Assembly (NCBI GenBank): GCA_964401845.1
Contig: CAYOAD010000001.1
Coordinates: 895 to 51,274, forward strand
Reading direction: 5' to 3'
Length of the DNA: 50,380 bases
From: an uncultured Rhodospirillaceae bacterium
GTDB lineage: Bacteria; Pseudomonadota; Alphaproteobacteria; UBA2966
Below, one piece after another: positions 49,738 through 50,380 of this stretch. The stretch's first letter is position 1, and each line of letters begins with the position of its first letter. The position numbers and the translations under genes are program-made. The notes beneath the pieces are model-generated. The model had not been told where the DNA came from and did not search any database. It saw nothing but the letters and a program-made list of their open reading frames with translations.

Positions 49738-50342
49738 GCTGTATCTCCGGCGGTTTGCGCGGCGGCGGCTTGGGTGGGAACGACGGCCGCCAGTTCATGG
49801 ACAACCGTTTCCGCGTATCCCCGTTCGATCGCTTCCATGTTCTGGGCCAGCCCGGCGTCGCGAAAGTTGGCGGTGCTGAGGCCGTCCTTCAGTGATTCCA
49901 GGGACACGATGCCGGTCGCCTTGGCGAACGCACCGAGCATCACGGTGTTGGTGATGGGCCGGCGGAAGATGCCCATGGCGATGCCGACGGCGTCACACAA
50001 GCCGGCCTTGACCAGCGTCGACGGCAGGTCGAGCTGGTTGATGTCCTTTTGCGTCGCCTGCACCAGCGTGCCGTGATCGTTCATGCCGGCGAATACGTCG
50101 ACGGCGTTGGCCACCGTGGGATCGATACAGATAATGCAGTCCGGATTGTAGATATTGGTGACGCTGCGAATTTCCTCGTCGCTGTAGCGCATGAAAGCCG
50201 CTACCGGTGCGCCGCGGCGTTCGAAGCCGAAGGACGGGATCGCCGAAACGAATTTGCCTTCGGTCACCAGCGCCTTGGCCAATATCTTGGAGAGCAGGAC
50301 GGCGCCCTGGCCGCCCCGGCCGTGAATTCGAATTTCGTACAT
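49734..50342 (-). CDS. padE: Phenylglyoxylate:NAD+ oxidoreductase gamma subunit
   Basis: EIRIHGRGGQG, PSFGFERRGAPV, NTVMLGAF; AGGA RBS upstream. Confidence 0.87.
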   Translation of the reverse strand: MYEIRIHGRGGQGAVLLSKILAKALVTEGKFVSAIPSFGFERRGAPVAAFMRYSDEEIRSVTNIYNPDCIICIDPTVANAVDVFAGMNDHGTLVQATQKDINQLDLPSTLVKAGLCDAVGIAMGIFRRPITNTVMLGAFAKATGIVSLESLKDGLSTANFRDAGLAQNMEAIERGYAETVVHELAAVVPTQAAAAQTAGDTA

Positions 50343-50366
50343 GTGTTCCTACAAGTCACGAATTGT

Positions 50367-50380
50367 GGTCCGACCGGACC
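50367..50380. promoter_or_regulatory. Palindromic operator-like site upstream of padE (touches the window edge)
   Basis: GGTCCG-AC-CGGACC, perfect 6-2-6 dyad 24 bp upstream of the padE start. Confidence 0.45.

Noticed and set aside
49445-49804. Apparent 120-aa N-terminal extension of padG (similarly for fmt, hisN, the MarR gene and the 27207 ORF)
   Set aside because: These overlap the upstream gene in another frame; better starts with RBS and family-typical N-termini exist.
1-50380. CRISPR arrays, tRNA/rRNA, transposases, integrases, prophage or defence genes
   Set aside because: No repeat-spacer periodicity, RNA gene signatures other than ffs, or matching protein motifs were seen; nearly all sequence is explained by the listed genes.

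Overview
GC-rich alphaproteobacterial chromosome segment; gene order and protein style suggest a Rhodospirillales-like organism (inference). The left half (1-25.2 kb) is conserved housekeeping: pyrimidine 5'-nucleotidase, dapD, dapE, truA-fmt-def, rmuC, recR-ybaB-dnaX with the SRP RNA gene (ffs), nudC, pheA-kdsB, membrane cytochrome c, hisN, a yejA-yejA-yejBEF peptide ABC transporter, ghrA, a MarR regulator, an M17 aminopeptidase and a GST. The right half (25.4-50.4 kb) is accessory redox/catabolic DNA with three different TPP-dependent 2-oxoacid oxidoreductase systems. (i) A four-gene operon encodes a GltD/DsrL-like Fe-S flavoprotein, an atypical FAD oxidoreductase and KorA/KorB-like subunits. 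(ii) A long-form IorAB pair sits divergent from a VOC/extradiol-dioxygenase-like gene and a hot-dog thioesterase, next to a non-canonical UbiD (de)carboxylase. (iii) A complete padEFGHI phenylglyoxylate:NAD+ oxidoreductase set ends tail-to-tail with iorB. Systems (i) and (ii) are the best candidates for undescribed biology. Non-coding highlights are a perfect 29-bp-arm REP-like palindrome between nudC and pheA and operator-like palindromes before the DUF302 gene and padE. No CRISPR, rRNA, tRNA, integrase or transposase was seen. All calls come from motif recognition by eye; no searches were run, and many starts were moved to more plausible downstream codons.
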